DNA of 64,000 nucleotides from Opitutales bacterium (GTDB taxonomy: Bacteria; Verrucomicrobiota; Verrucomicrobiia; Opitutales; PNEW01): NCBI GenBank assembly GCA_965197745.1, contig CBDANS010000006.1, positions 704,001-768,000 of the forward strand, written 5' to 3'. The notes beneath the pieces are model-generated. The model searched no databases and was not told the origin of the DNA. It saw only the letters and a list, made by a program, of their open reading frames with translations. The position numbers and the translations under genes are program-made. Positions 21,160-33,097 of this stretch are shown here, piece after piece. Position 1 is the first letter of the stretch; every line of letters starts with the position of its first letter.

Positions 21160-22089
21160 TCATTGGCTTTTTCTTTTTTGCTTATTCAGCCAAACTTTGG
21201 CCCTGTGTTCAGCTTCGGCAATTTGTGATGGCGCCATAACTCGTATAAGTATTTCTGTAAGGTTCTTGTCATCGGAGATGCCTGAAAGGGCCGCAATGCT
21301 TAACCAGGTATAGGCCCAGATGTAATTCTGCTGAACACCTCTGCCACTGGTGTACAACTCCGCCAGAATATATTGAGCATCGGAGTTTCCCTGGTAAGCT
21401 GCCTTGCGCCACCATTCAAAGGCTTGAGCATAATCGCGATTTACCCCTCGGCCCTCAGCATAAAATTCTGCAATTTTATTTTGGGCAATGGGGTATCCCT
21501 GTTCGGCTGATTTATATGTCCACTTGAAAGCCTCGGCATCATCCTGTTCAACTCCCTGGCCTTTTTCATATAACATTCCAACATTAAGTTGGGCTTTGGC
21601 ATCCCCCTGCAAAGCAGCCTGCTGGTACCATTTGAAGGTCTGGTCGTAATTTTGCTTAACCCCATAACCAAAGTAATAAAGTCTCCCGATCATGAATTGC
21701 CCCTCGGTAATTTGTGCCGGGGTCATGTAAGCCTTGATACTTTCCAGGTGTTTCAAGCTCGAAGCGTGACCGGCACCGGTCGCGACACTCAACCAGGTGT
21801 ACGCCCATATATAATTACGCTCTACTCCGTGGCCCTTGGCATACATTACTCCCAGATTGTTCTGGGCTTTAGCATGACCCTGTTCGGCCGCTTTTTGAGT
21901 CCATTTAAAGGCTTCATTTAAATCCTGGGTAACACCCTGCCCCTTAAAGTAAATAAGCCCAAGCTTGTACTGGCTCTCGACATCTCCTTTTTCTGCTCGT
22001 GCTTGTAAATCTGAAAGTGCGCCACTCTCTACACCGAAGGTTGCGCCGGCCATTAAAAGAAAAGCGATAATTGGAATCCAATGTTTCAT
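21160..22089 (-). CDS. Secreted Sel1-like repeat protein
   Basis: Signal peptide; repeated AQxxLGxxYxxGxGVxQDxxxAxxWxxKAAxQG. Confidence 0.92.
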   Translation of the reverse strand: MKHWIPIIAFLLMAGATFGVESGALSDLQARAEKGDVESQYKLGLIYFKGQGVTQDLNEAFKWTQKAAEQGHAKAQNNLGVMYAKGHGVERNYIWAYTWLSVATGAGHASSLKHLESIKAYMTPAQITEGQFMIGRLYYFGYGVKQNYDQTFKWYQQAALQGDAKAQLNVGMLYEKGQGVEQDDAEAFKWTYKSAEQGYPIAQNKIAEFYAEGRGVNRDYAQAFEWWRKAAYQGNSDAQYILAELYTSGRGVQQNYIWAYTWLSIAALSGISDDKNLTEILIRVMAPSQIAEAEHRAKVWLNKQKRKSQ

Positions 22090-22273
22090 ACAATGTAATA
22101 GATGCCGTTCTCCTACTAATTATTTTATGAAAGAATTTGTAGAGTAAATAATTTCAGCGATTCACCCTATAGCGGGAACCTGTTAAGTGGCACGCGTCGT
22201 CGTCCCGCCAGAAAATTTGATCATTATTATGAGATTAAATGCAATATTAAGGATGAAAATTGTTTACAAATAA

Positions 22274-22483
22274 TGGAGGGACGCGCGTTGTCGCGTCCGT
22301 GGATATATATTGATAGCCGTACCCCAAAGCGGCCATGACGGAGCATGGCCCTCCAAAAAATCATCATACCAAGGTGGAACGCGCGGTGCTTCCCATTAAT
22401 TCATCCCCGTATTTTCATTACACCCATTCACGCGTTTACCCATTGTCACATTATATCGGGAGGGCCACGCGTCGTCGTGGCCG
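22274..22483. repeat. REP cluster (GGAGGG-A/C-C..palindrome family)
   Basis: tggagggacgcgcgttgtcgcgtccg 22274-22299, inverted cggccatgacggagcatggccctcca 22330-22355, ggagggccacgcgtcgtcgtggccg 22459-22483; same family at 20004-20029. Confidence 0.8.
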
Positions 22484-22532
22484 TAACGAATAAAACTTTG
22501 CTAAACCTGTTCTTCTAAATCCCGCAAGTACT

Positions 22533-24098
22533 TCAGTTTCTCCGCCTGAACTGCAAGAAGATGAAGAGGCAACCGATTGCCATTAAGACCCAAGTAGAAG
22601 GCTCGGGAACAACCTTCAGGCTAAGGGAATTAGAGGAAAATTGAGGTTGAAAAAACAGGTTTCCGGAAAACCCCAATGCGTCGTCGATAGAGCCGAAATC
22701 GCCAGACCTTAACCCCGTCCATGTGAGCACTTCAAAGCTCTGGCCCAGCGTTGGGAGCACTTCACCAAGCAGTAAAATGTCTAAATCTCCACTGCCAAAA
22801 TTTAAGTTTCCCGTTATATTCAATTGGCTAAAGTCAATCCCATCATTGATACTGATTTCTAACGCACTACCCGCATTGAATGTCAGGTCCCCTTCAATAT
22901 CTAAGGAAAAAACAGTATCAGGTGCAATCACTCCAAAATTTTCAATACTATCAATATCGAGTAGCCCGCTACCTTCTACCTGGCCATGATTTGTCAATGT
23001 TGATGCTTCCAATTCACTCGTAAGCACTCCACTGCTGGCAAGGGCGATAGTCCCACTTAAACTTATGGTTATATCGTTAGTAATAACTACCTGGCTCCCA
23101 TTAGTAATATTCAATTGCCCTGTCCCCAGATTGCCGACAAATAATTTGTCTGCATTTATGGTACCACCCCCCATAATCGTTAAATCCGCATCATCCGAAC
23201 TTGGCAGGCCAAGTTCAATAGCGTTATTTACGTCCAGGGTATTGTCGGCCATCGCGAAGGTCAGAGAATCATTGAGAACTTTAAGACCATCGACTAATTG
23301 ATCAGAGCTGAACGTAACGAGATAATTGCTGCCGCTCTGATTAAAATGAGCAATATCATCTGTACCGGGAACTATACCACCCACCCAGTTAGATCCAGCG
23401 CCAAAATCTCCGGGTAGTGGATTAGCCCACAAAAAGGGAACTTCGCTCAGAGCGGTTGAAATTTCGCTCGCGAGAAGAGGTCCATCCCAAATCCGGATTT
23501 CGTTAACGATACCTGCTGAAGCTTCTCCGAAACCAGTCGCTGCATCGTCCATAAAAAAAGCAAACCGAGCAAGTCCCCCGTTATCGACGGCTATCGCGCG
23601 GCTGGATGAATCAACAAAGGAGTACTCAGGAGAGGAGGACCCGTTCAGGTAAGTGGTATAGACATCGTCAGCTGAAGATCGAGTGAATACCACATTAATA
23701 AATTCATCAGGTTGAACAACCACCGAGCTTGTATGATGGGGGTCATAAAACCGTACATTACCACTCAAAATGTATTGACCTGAATCGATGGTACGGTTCT
23801 TGAAATCAACGATTTTATTCCAGCTGCTAACTGACTCAAAACTAAATTGAATCCCAATCGAATAATTATCTGCCAGGCTTAATGTGGTATCAAGAAACAA
23901 GCCTTCGTTCGTGCCGAATGAATAACTGTCGCTATTTATCGTTCCCCCATTTTCCGTTAATACGGTACTACTTAAGCTGTCGTTAAGGTTATTATCAAAT
24001 TCAAATAAATGTACTAAGGTAACTGCTTGAACACCGCTCCATGCCATGGAGCCAAAAAAAAGTCCGCATCCAAGTTTTATAATATTATGGAATGACAT
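22533..24098 (-). CDS. PEP-CTERM sorting-domain protein with LamG-like N-terminal domain and beta-helix-like region
   Basis: Signal peptide; C-terminus VPEPSTWVLMAIGCLFIFLQFRRRN; LVHLFEFDNNLND..VNEIRIWDGPL. Confidence 0.9.
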   Translation of the reverse strand: MSFHNIIKLGCGLFFGSMAWSGVQAVTLVHLFEFDNNLNDSLSSTVLTENGGTINSDSYSFGTNEGLFLDTTLSLADNYSIGIQFSFESVSSWNKIVDFKNRTIDSGQYILSGNVRFYDPHHTSSVVVQPDEFINVVFTRSSADDVYTTYLNGSSSPEYSFVDSSSRAIAVDNGGLARFAFFMDDAATGFGEASAGIVNEIRIWDGPLLASEISTALSEVPFLWANPLPGDFGAGSNWVGGIVPGTDDIAHFNQSGSNYLVTFSSDQLVDGLKVLNDSLTFAMADNTLDVNNAIELGLPSSDDADLTIMGGGTINADKLFVGNLGTGQLNITNGSQVVITNDITISLSGTIALASSGVLTSELEASTLTNHGQVEGSGLLDIDSIENFGVIAPDTVFSLDIEGDLTFNAGSALEISINDGIDFSQLNITGNLNFGSGDLDILLLGEVLPTLGQSFEVLTWTGLRSGDFGSIDDALGFSGNLFFQPQFSSNSLSLKVVPEPSTWVLMAIGCLFIFLQFRRRN

Positions 24099-24375
24099 AA
24101 CAGAATGTATAAGTATTAACCGAAAATAAATTATCTATTTTTTTTTTATTTATTATCATCTTGGAAATGTATGACTACCATCTGTTATATAACAGACATA
24201 ATAGAAATATTCACCAAGAATTATTTCCTAAACAGGTATAATTTATAGTAGAAGTAATTTTAGCGAGAACCAGGTAGTAATATAATGATATCCCAAGTCG
24301 TCCTATACTGTCAATATTTATAAGATACAGGTTATGTTTTTCAATAAGCTCTCACCGTAAATGATCCAATTATCC

Positions 24376-24910
24376 GGAGGGCCACGCGTCGTCGTGGCCG
24401 TATTGAATTTATTGGGATAACGGCTGTCCCAGCACGCTTCTTTTTCCTATTTAACTATAATATAAACACGGACGCGACGGTGCGCGTCCCTCCATCATGC
24501 TGGAATAAATAATAATATATACATTGAGTCTTCGTCTATCTCTTAAATTATTTGCAATATAATGAGAATTCAATTCGAGACGAAAAGGTGGAGGCAGACC
24601 CGTCTTCATCTTTAATCTACGACGTGGCAAGCGTAGTCGAAGATTATTGCATGAGATCGAGCAATCTATAATTAAATATTAAATGACCAATAACGCGGTA
24701 GGGACCAGCCGTCGTCCCGCAATGGCGGGACTATGGCCGGCAGGTAACCACGCGTCCCTCCATTATACTATAATAATTTTTACCCGGAGGGCCACGCGTT
24801 GTCGTGGCCGCTTTGAGGTACAGTGTTGAATGGGTAATCCGCGGACGCAACGATCAGCCGTCGCCGCGTAGATGTGGAGCTATAGCCGACAGGCATCCAT
24901 GCGTACCACC
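24376..24910. repeat. REP cluster
   Basis: ggagggccacgcgtcgtcgtggccg 24376-24400, inverted cggacgcgacggtgcgcgtccctcca 24469-24494, ggagggccacgcgttgtcgtggccg 24786-24810, plus decayed copies. Confidence 0.8.
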
Positions 24911-24963
24911 TAATTGCTTAACACCTAAAACTTAAAACCTAACACTGATCGATAGATCACCAT

Positions 24964-27900
24964 TCATTCAATCGTAATCTCCTCAGTCGTCACCGCAATA
25001 TCATCACCGTCTTCATTAGCGAATGCCGCATTGATACTCCGTGTCGGTTGAGGGGTGTTGTCAGACTTGAAGTTGTTCTGGGTGATCAAAGTATCAAAGC
25101 CGGGGGTTGTCGATCCACTCTCCGCTACGACGATTGAAGCGCCGTTCGACTGGGCCAGGTCGCCTCCCGTAATCCGCAAACCCGGGTTGCCGGCTGCTAC
25201 CGTGAAGGAACCATCTCCAAACAGCAAATGCGGTACTGCATTACCATTGGCATCGATCTCTCATACCGTTAAGCGTACCGCGATTGGCACTCCTCGCGCG
25301 ACTACACCAACATCGCTCGTGTTACCTGAAAATACATTGTTCGACAACTGCATTCCCCCTATCCCCGTGGAGTTGACTACCTCTACTAATGTCACGTCGG
25401 CTTCGGCGTCATAGACCTGTCCCTCGGGGAACAGGGCCTGATTCACCGCGTTAATCGATCCAACCGTGAAAATACTGAAGAAAGTATTCGAGTTGGCTCC
25501 GTCAATGACCACGCTCGGCTTACCGGTGACGTACTCTACCTGCTGATTGTAGCGTGGGGGCAAAGCCGCGGGTAAGAAGGTAGCCGGGTCCAGGGTTATG
25601 GTAAAGGTCCCGCTCCCCGAGAACTCTACTTGTACGATATCCTCATCTTCGTCCATGAAGGAGACGCGTGTGATCTGCTCGTCCTTTGCCTGAAGTTGAA
25701 TGAATTCTCCGGTGAGCAGGACCTGATCGAAGACGTTCCCGTTGGGGTGCGCAATGTTTTCTCCCGCCACATCACCCGAGCCATCGAGTATTAATCTGGC
25801 AACCGCTGACAAGACAACATTATGCCGTCCCCCCGCAGTAATTGCGGTTACGTTGACTAACCCTTCAGGCGCTTCGGCCTGTCCGGAATCATTAAGCCCC
25901 CACCCGATCACTTCACCTTCAGCATCAAGGGCCAGGTTGTGGTTCAATCCAGCCGCTATGGAGGTTACCGCACTTGCATTGAAGGCCACCGTTATTTCAT
26001 TTTTCGCGCTTAAACTTGCCTGGGCTGCGTTAAAAGGAATATCCAATTGCCCAAAAGTATTATCACCCCAGGCTACCGTAACACTATCTTCGGTTAGGGC
26101 CAGGCTGTGGTTATCTCCTGCTGAGATGGCCGTCACATTAGTCAGGTTGGCAGGTACATCTGTCTGGCCGGAGTCGTTCCGGCCCCAGGCGACGACGGTG
26201 CCACCACTCTTTAAAGCCAGGTTATGAAACCCACCTGCTGCCAATGCTATTACATCAGTAAGGTCTCCGGGTGGTGTTGCCTGCCCATCGTCATTATTGC
26301 CCCATCCGATAACGGTACCATCGGACAATAAAGCGAGGCTATGACTTCCTCCCGCAGACACCGCGATCGCATTCGTTAATCCCGCAGGAACATCCGTCTG
26401 GCCGTTATCATTGTTACCCCAGGCGACGACGCTACCATCCGCTATCACGGCTAAATTATGATCATACCCGGCATCCACATCGGTCACATCAGTTACTTCA
26501 GCGGGCACCGTCGACTGTCCTGCCTGATCTCTACCCCATCCCACTACGCTACCGTCATTTCTCAAACCGATATTGTGGTCTAATCCCGCTGACACCTCGG
26601 TCAGTTCAGGCGCGCCCTCTCCGCGAATAGCTCCCGGCACACCACCCTGATCAAATTCATCACTGCCATATCCGGCAGCCGTTATCCTCGTTTCAATTTC
26701 TTCCTCCACAGGAGGTTCACCATTTCCTGTTTGCCCGCCAGCGTCATTAGTGTAGAAGCTATTGTAAGAGAGATTTTGCTGGTCATGGTATTGCAGATCC
26801 AGGTTTGTAACGTCAGCCCAGGGAATATTTTCACTGTTAAGGTCAATATTTTTGATATTGCTGAGTTGATCGTTTAGTATTCGTAATAAAGTAGGACCGT
26901 TTTGCCGCGTTATCCGAAACTGGAATCCGTTAATGGGAAAGGTGGGGGAAATATCATTCCCGGTTGAAGGATCCCTATAGGTCCAGGAAACACTTTGGAT
27001 ATTATTGTTACTGTCGAGCATCACAGTAGGCAGGATAACCAGATGGTAATTTTCTGCCATGGAAGTATCGAAATCAGTTGTAATATCCATGCCTTTATAA
27101 TTTACGATGTAAGTGCCACTTGGTGGGTAAGGCGGAATACTTACACTGGATATACCATAAAAGCTAATATCTTCACCTGGATTAAAAAAAATAGCAGGAC
27201 TATTATTGTATTGCGCGCCGTTGGGTCCGCTGAAGAACACCTGGTTCGGATCGGGAAGTTCTGTGTCCACCACGCTGAAGTTAAGAAAATAATTTAAATT
27301 AGCGGGGAAACCTTGATCCACACCGACTATACTTCCAGTGGGTTCTGTGAAATTTCCACCGGATTGAAAAATCATGCTGATAGTGTTTACGGGTACGCTC
27401 TCGCCCGTAGTACGCAGGAAAAAATCGGTAGTAGCAACGTAACCGGCTGACCCGATAACAATCTCGACCGGGTTGCCAACCATGTAATCAGTATCATTGG
27501 TGTCGACGATATTGATAAAATTCAAAACCGCCAAGTAATCCGTTCCCGGTTGCAGGGTGCCCGCAGGAATAGTGACCAAGGTAGCTGAATAGTCCAATGC
27601 TCCGGGTTCAGGGGGAAAAGAGGTTTCAAAAACTACATTTCCATCCATATAAGTTTCAATTTCCACGATGAGAAAATCTCCTGCATTGCCATTGGCGAAA
27701 GCATCCCAGGTGAGCGTAAAATCCATTTCAGGATCGACCGTTTGCGCTGCGGAATGATTAGTTATGTGAGGGGGCAGCCGGAAACCTTAACCCGTTAACC
27801 GGATCGCTATTTAAATTTAATAGGGCGGATATGTTGCCATCATTAACGGTATACATATTCATAAAATAAATGCCATCAGGGAAACTGGAGTCGAGATCGC

Positions 27901-28225
27901 CAATCGAATCAAAGCCTGGTTCTATAAGCCAATCACCTCCAATTTCCTGGTCCAATGACAGAGGACTGCTCCCCGGAGGCACAACCATAGCCATGGTAAC
28001 GGAATCAGAGGCGGTTCCCTCAAGCTCAGCGAGGAAGTGGTAGGGGCTCATACTATTCGGTAGTGGAGCACCATCATCATCCTGACCGAAATCTGCTTCT
28101 TTGAGTACTAAATAAAAATCCACATCGGCAGCGTGCAGGTTCATTTCAGCTATAAACAGAACGGTAATTATTAGAGCTAAGGTATGAGAGAACGATATGA
28201 GTATTATTTTCATTACGGTAATCAT
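24964..28225 (-). pseudogene. Secreted RCC1-repeat protein with conserved CTD (copy 2), interrupted
   Basis: Three ORF pieces join: frameshift in G5 run 27770-27774; in-frame TGA at 25261-25263 where paralogs have Gly (RLTVGD); AGxxHxLAL..GxVxAWG repeats; CTD 24964-25788. Confidence 0.85.
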
Positions 28226-28582
28226 AAATTACATGTTTATGGAAATTTTCATTCTGCCGACTGCACGCAGTTTAACGAGTTAATAGCAAATAAGTCAGCC
28301 ACGACATGCAAAATATAATTTGAATAGCATTATCAGGTCAAGGCCTTCGAGAGCTGTCATATGGGGCCACTCGATTTGGAAGATGTCGGACTTTGTCCTC
28401 GGGACGATTGCGACTGTGGATTGAAACTAATGGATTTGATGTTCGGCAACCATGGCCGCAACAATAAACGACTCACGGTTATTTAGGCTTTAAAAGCTCA
28501 TAAGAGTTTGTCAGTTATATTTCCGGTTACCTTTTTAACTTTTTCCGCGACAAAATTCGCGGTGTCAATGAGGAAAATATCG

Positions 28583-29576
28583 ATGGATGCAAAAGCACTT
28601 ATCTGCGATGAAAAACAAAGTTTCTCAATTGAAGCTGTAAGGCTTCCTGAATGCGCTCCCGATCAAGTTGCCATTCGCACCTATTACTCCGGTGTGAGTA
28701 TCGGCACGGAGTTCGCGTATATTCGCAATAAACTCTCGCCGGGGCCATATCCTCTATCTACTGGATATATGGGCACGGGCATAGTTGAAACCGTCGGGTC
28801 TGCGATCGACAATTTCGCAGTCGGTGACGAAGTCTACTTTCGCGGTAATGACAGCATGGCCCTAGCCGACGGAACTTCGGTCACCAGCGTCACCGGCGCC
28901 CACTGCAGCCGCATTGTGACCAGACCCAACACGACGCACGGTGTTGCCCACCTGCCCCCCCGGCGCGGCACAGGACGTGGCGTCTATGTACGTTATGCCC
29001 GCCGTCGGACTGAACGGGGTGGACATGGCCAATCCCAGAATGGGCCAGACTGCAGTCGTCTATGGATGTGGTCTCATAGGGTTGGGGGTCATCGCCGCCT
29101 GCGCGCAGCGTGGCTGCAAGGTTATCGCTGTAGACATCAACGAAAAACGGCTCGCTATTGCCAGGACGATGGGTGCCGATCAAACCATGGACGCGTCAGT
29201 GGCTGAGAAGGAGATCGGAACAGAGGGCGCTGATATCGTCTTCGAAAGCACGGGACTGCCCGAGTGCATCGATCCTGCCATCGCGTTGTGCCGGAAGCAC
29301 GGTAGCTTTGTCTGGCAAGGAAACTACGGCAGGGATCCGGTATCGATGAACTTTCTGCGCCCGCACGGCCGCCGTTTGCAGATGTTCTTTCCCTGTGATG
29401 ACGGCCTGCAGCCCTGTCGCCGCGCAGTTGTTAAGAACATGGCGAGCGGAACGCTGAAATGGGAGCTGTGTATCAGCCATCGAATTTCTTTTACGGAATC
29501 CCCCGCAATTTTTCAACGCATCAACGAAGGAGATACAGATGATATTATCGGCGTCGTCATCAACTGGCAGACCTGA
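28583..29576 (+). pseudogene. Zinc-binding (MDR) dehydrogenase, frameshifted
   Basis: SGVSIGTE and GYMGTG in one frame, VYGCGLIG and DIVFESTG in another; the frames join at C7 run 28955-28961. Confidence 0.85.
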
Positions 29577-29609
29577 ATTCTACCTATTTAACTGGCAGAG
29601 CGCGCGTCA

Positions 29610-30443
29610 ATGAACACCGTATTAATTACCGGAGCCAGCGGCTTTATCGGTCGGGCCCTCTCCCCCGCCATGGCTGCGCGTCACGAGGTGCTCTGCATGA
29701 GCCGCAGGAATCCCGAGCTGGATCTCCCGTGGATTCGCGGTGACTTCGGGTCCTTTGAGGATCTTAGACAGCTCGACGGGAATACCATCGATGTACTCGT
29801 TCACCTCGGCGCCGAAACCGGCGGTTGCACAGAGCGCAATGGTATGCTTGTTAACGTTGAGGGCTCGCGTTGTCTGATGCGCTACTTGATAGACACCGGT
29901 TGCAAAAGGTTTGTGTTGGCCAGTTCCATCGCGGCTGTGGGTTTTCAGAATAAGGCATTCAGACCTTTGCAAGTTCCCATCCTCGATGAACACCCCTGTC
30001 TCGACCGTGACGGTTACGGTTTTTCTAAATTCATGATGGAAGAAGTCGCCAAGTACCACCAGCGCCAGAACGAAGCGATCGACGTGATCAATCTGCGCCT
30101 GTCCTCCGTAGGGTCCGACGACAATATGCCCGCCCCAAAAAAGCCGGGCCCCATGACCAATTGGGCCCTTGGCGGTATCACCTACATGGCGCTCAGTGAC
30201 GCCGTCCGCGCCTTCGCCACAGCGGCTGAAGCGCCGCATAAATCAGGAGTTCGTACCATGAATGCCACTGCCCCACGCTCCTGGACGGCGGTCCCCGTTG
30301 CAGAAATATTAAAAACCTGGTGGGGAGATGAAGTCGACCTGTCCCATTTTGAACAGCCGGGGCATGAGTACGATTCCGTCTATGATGTGAGCCTTATTTT
30401 AAGCGAAATTGGCTTCGTGGCTGAAGGGACGGTAGATTCGTAA
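29610..30443 (+). CDS. NAD-dependent epimerase/dehydratase (extended SDR)
   Basis: LITGASGFIG; ASS; YGFSK (YxxxK). Confidence 0.9.
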   Translation: MNTVLITGASGFIGRALSPAMAARHEVLCMSRRNPELDLPWIRGDFGSFEDLRQLDGNTIDVLVHLGAETGGCTERNGMLVNVEGSRCLMRYLIDTGCKRFVLASSIAAVGFQNKAFRPLQVPILDEHPCLDRDGYGFSKFMMEEVAKYHQRQNEAIDVINLRLSSVGSDDNMPAPKKPGPMTNWALGGITYMALSDAVRAFATAAEAPHKSGVRTMNATAPRSWTAVPVAEILKTWWGDEVDLSHFEQPGHEYDSVYDVSLILSEIGFVAEGTVDS

Positions 30444-30553
30444 GCTTCTCCTGATGTTGATCCGACCAATTCTTAACCCTATTTTCGGCTTCCATGATTT
30501 GGGTTGTCGTTATGACTTGCTCATCATCTCCTTAATTAGATAAAAGGATTAAT

Positions 30554-32542
30554 ATGATCAGTAACATTGAAGATAAGCTCGTATATAAGTCAGAAAAAGA
30601 AACGCTCATCATCGAACCGTGGGGTCACGATGGGTTGCGGGTTCGCGTAACCCCGAATCCTGAAGTCGCCGACACGCCCTGGGCGTTGACTGAACCGGTT
30701 GCCCCGCCTGAAAGTACGACGATTACCATCAACGACGACGAAGCCGTTATTCGAAACGGAAAGATCTCCGCATCGATAAGCGATATCCTGGCGCAGCCCG
30801 GGTATCTCCAGTTTTTCCGCCACACGGGAGAAGGTCAGCAAACCTGCATCCTGCGTGAACACGACTATGTCGTCCACGCGCACAATCCGGGCACACGCAC
30901 TTTTCAAGCTCGGGATGACGGTCTTTTTTACGCCCAAACGGACTTTACGGCGAAGGATGGAGAACGGCTTTACGGTATGGGGTTGAATGCCACAGGGCGC
31001 GTGAATCTGAAAGGCAGTGTTATCGATCTCTACCAACGCCATGTAAAACATGTCGTCCCTTTCCTCGTTTCAACTGAAGGTTACGGGTTTCTCTGGAACA
31101 ATCCCTCGCTGGGTCGCGCAGAATTTGGCAACAATAGGACCCGCTGGGTCGCGCGCGGGTGCAAACAGATCGATTACTACGTAACCACCGGTGATTCCTA
31201 CGCCGAGATCATGGAGCACTATGCTGACGTCACGGGTCATGCCCCGCTCCTACCCTACTGGGCTTCGGGATTCTGGCAGTGCAAGAACCGCTACAAAACC
31301 CAGGAGGAGTTCCTGGGGATAGCGCGGGAGTTCAAGCGGCTCAACCTTCCCCTCTCCGTTCTTGTGATCGACTTTTGCCACTGGAAAACCACGGGCGATT
31401 GGAGACTCGATCCGGAGTTATGGCCGGATCCGGAAGCGATGGTTCAAGAGCTCGATGAGATGGGAGTTCGTATCATGATATCGCCCTGGATAGTCGTCGA
31501 TAAAACAAGCGAAAACTACGAGCCGATGAAAAAGAAGGGACTGTTCACCGGCTCCATCGATGGGGAAAAGGACACCGTCAGGTTCGGCGCTATACCAGGT
31601 GAAGACCCTGAGAAGTACTTATACGATCCGACAAATCCGGCAGCAGCAGCGTATCTCTGGAGCAAGTGGAAAGAAAACTATTTCGATATCGGGATAAAGA
31701 CATTCTGGCTCGATCCCTGCGATGATTTTCACGCAATAGAAGACTACGATCAAGTGCTCTATCATATAGGCCCGGCAGTCGAGTCCCACTGTTATTTCCC
31801 CGTCGCTCATCAGAAGAATATTTACGAAGGATTGAATGTCGCTGGGGAACATGAAGTCGTAACAATCTGCCGCAGTTCCTGGGCGGGTTCGCAACGCTAC
31901 GGCGCCTCGCCAGCGGCACACGATATCATGGCTTCTTTCGAGCATCTTCATGAGTACATGATGGCGGGGCTTAATTTATCGATGAGCGGTATTCCTTGGG
32001 GAGCGGCGGAAATCGGGGGATTTGTCAGCCTCGACAATACGAGCGACAAATTCCATGAGCTGATGATCCGCTGGTACCAGTACGGCGTTTTTACCCCAAT
32101 TTTTAGGACGCACAGTGTGCGACCTAACAATGAAGCCTGGACTGTAGGAGGCGACACCTATCGGCACATCAGGGCTGCAATATTTCTCAGAGAGCGACTG
32201 CGCCCCTACGTGATGGAGCAAATGAAGGTGGCCTCGGAAAAAGGAATCCCGCCAATGCGCCCATTGTTCTTTGACTTTGAAAAGGATCCCGTTGCTGGAG
32301 AAATAGAAGACCAGTATTTCTTTGGTCCCGATCTCCTGGTGGCTCCTGTTACCCGATATGAGATACGCAGCCGGGAGGTATATCTCCCGACCGGAACCGA
32401 TTGGACTGATGCCTGGACCGGCAAGACGCAACCGGGTGGTCAGAAAATCGAAGCGGACGCGCCGATTGAACAGATTCCCGTGTTCGTGCGCGGTAACAAT
32501 GCCGAGCTGGTCCGCTTATTCGATAACCTTTACGAGGAGTAG
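30554..32542 (+). CDS. Glycoside hydrolase family 31 (alpha-xylosidase-like)
   Basis: GFWQCKNRY, VIDF, WPDP, FWLD nucleophile region, PPMRPLF, DQYFFGPDLLVAP. Confidence 0.9.
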   Translation: MISNIEDKLVYKSEKETLIIEPWGHDGLRVRVTPNPEVADTPWALTEPVAPPESTTITINDDEAVIRNGKISASISDILAQPGYLQFFRHTGEGQQTCILREHDYVVHAHNPGTRTFQARDDGLFYAQTDFTAKDGERLYGMGLNATGRVNLKGSVIDLYQRHVKHVVPFLVSTEGYGFLWNNPSLGRAEFGNNRTRWVARGCKQIDYYVTTGDSYAEIMEHYADVTGHAPLLPYWASGFWQCKNRYKTQEEFLGIAREFKRLNLPLSVLVIDFCHWKTTGDWRLDPELWPDPEAMVQELDEMGVRIMISPWIVVDKTSENYEPMKKKGLFTGSIDGEKDTVRFGAIPGEDPEKYLYDPTNPAAAAYLWSKWKENYFDIGIKTFWLDPCDDFHAIEDYDQVLYHIGPAVESHCYFPVAHQKNIYEGLNVAGEHEVVTICRSSWAGSQRYGASPAAHDIMASFEHLHEYMMAGLNLSMSGIPWGAAEIGGFVSLDNTSDKFHELMIRWYQYGVFTPIFRTHSVRPNNEAWTVGGDTYRHIRAAIFLRERLRPYVMEQMKVASEKGIPPMRPLFFDFEKDPVAGEIEDQYFFGPDLLVAPVTRYEIRSREVYLPTGTDWTDAWTGKTQPGGQKIEADAPIEQIPVFVRGNNAELVRLFDNLYEE

Positions 32543-32603
32543 CGAATTACATAGTGCAGAAAGTCAGTTCCAACTAATGGTTAGCAGACGTCACTACCTT
32601 CTA

Positions 32604-33026
32604 TTATAATTTAAACGAATACATCACCGACTCTTCCGCTTCGCCCCCTACGGAGGCATAAAGCCGGTTAGCTGCGTCATTGCTACTGCCTGTCAGCACC
32701 CATGCTTCAAGGCAGCCATGGTCACGACCCACCGCTAGCGTCGTCCTAATCAGTGACTTCCCAATACCTCGGCCCCTTTGGGTCGGAGCCACTCCGACTT
32801 CATTGAGCCACAATTCCGGTTGTGCCTTGTCCGGATGTAAATACCGTACTGCCGAAACAAAGCCCACCACTATGCCATCATCGAGTGCGATAATCAGATG
32901 GTGGTTCTCATCCTTCAGAAACTGCTCACTCATTCGAGGAATAAGCGGATCATCAAATACGCCGGACGCCACACGCGTGAGAACACTGATTTCGTCGAAC
33001 TGCAGTTCTTTAATCTGGAGATTCAT
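32604..33026 (-). CDS. GNAT family N-acetyltransferase (cassette-like)
   Basis: EVGVAPTQRGRGIG acetyl-CoA motif; NDAANRLY; bounded by GTTAGCC and TGCTAAC cores. Confidence 0.85.
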   Translation of the reverse strand: MNLQIKELQFDEISVLTRVASGVFDDPLIPRMSEQFLKDENHHLIIALDDGIVVGFVSAVRYLHPDKAQPELWLNEVGVAPTQRGRGIGKSLIRTTLAVGRDHGCLEAWVLTGSSNDAANRLYASVGGEAEESVMYSFKL

Positions 33027-33097
33027 TCTCTGTATTACTATCGGCTAACTGACACTGAAGCGCAACAGCAACCTTAGGTGTTAACTGTCGCTTTGAG

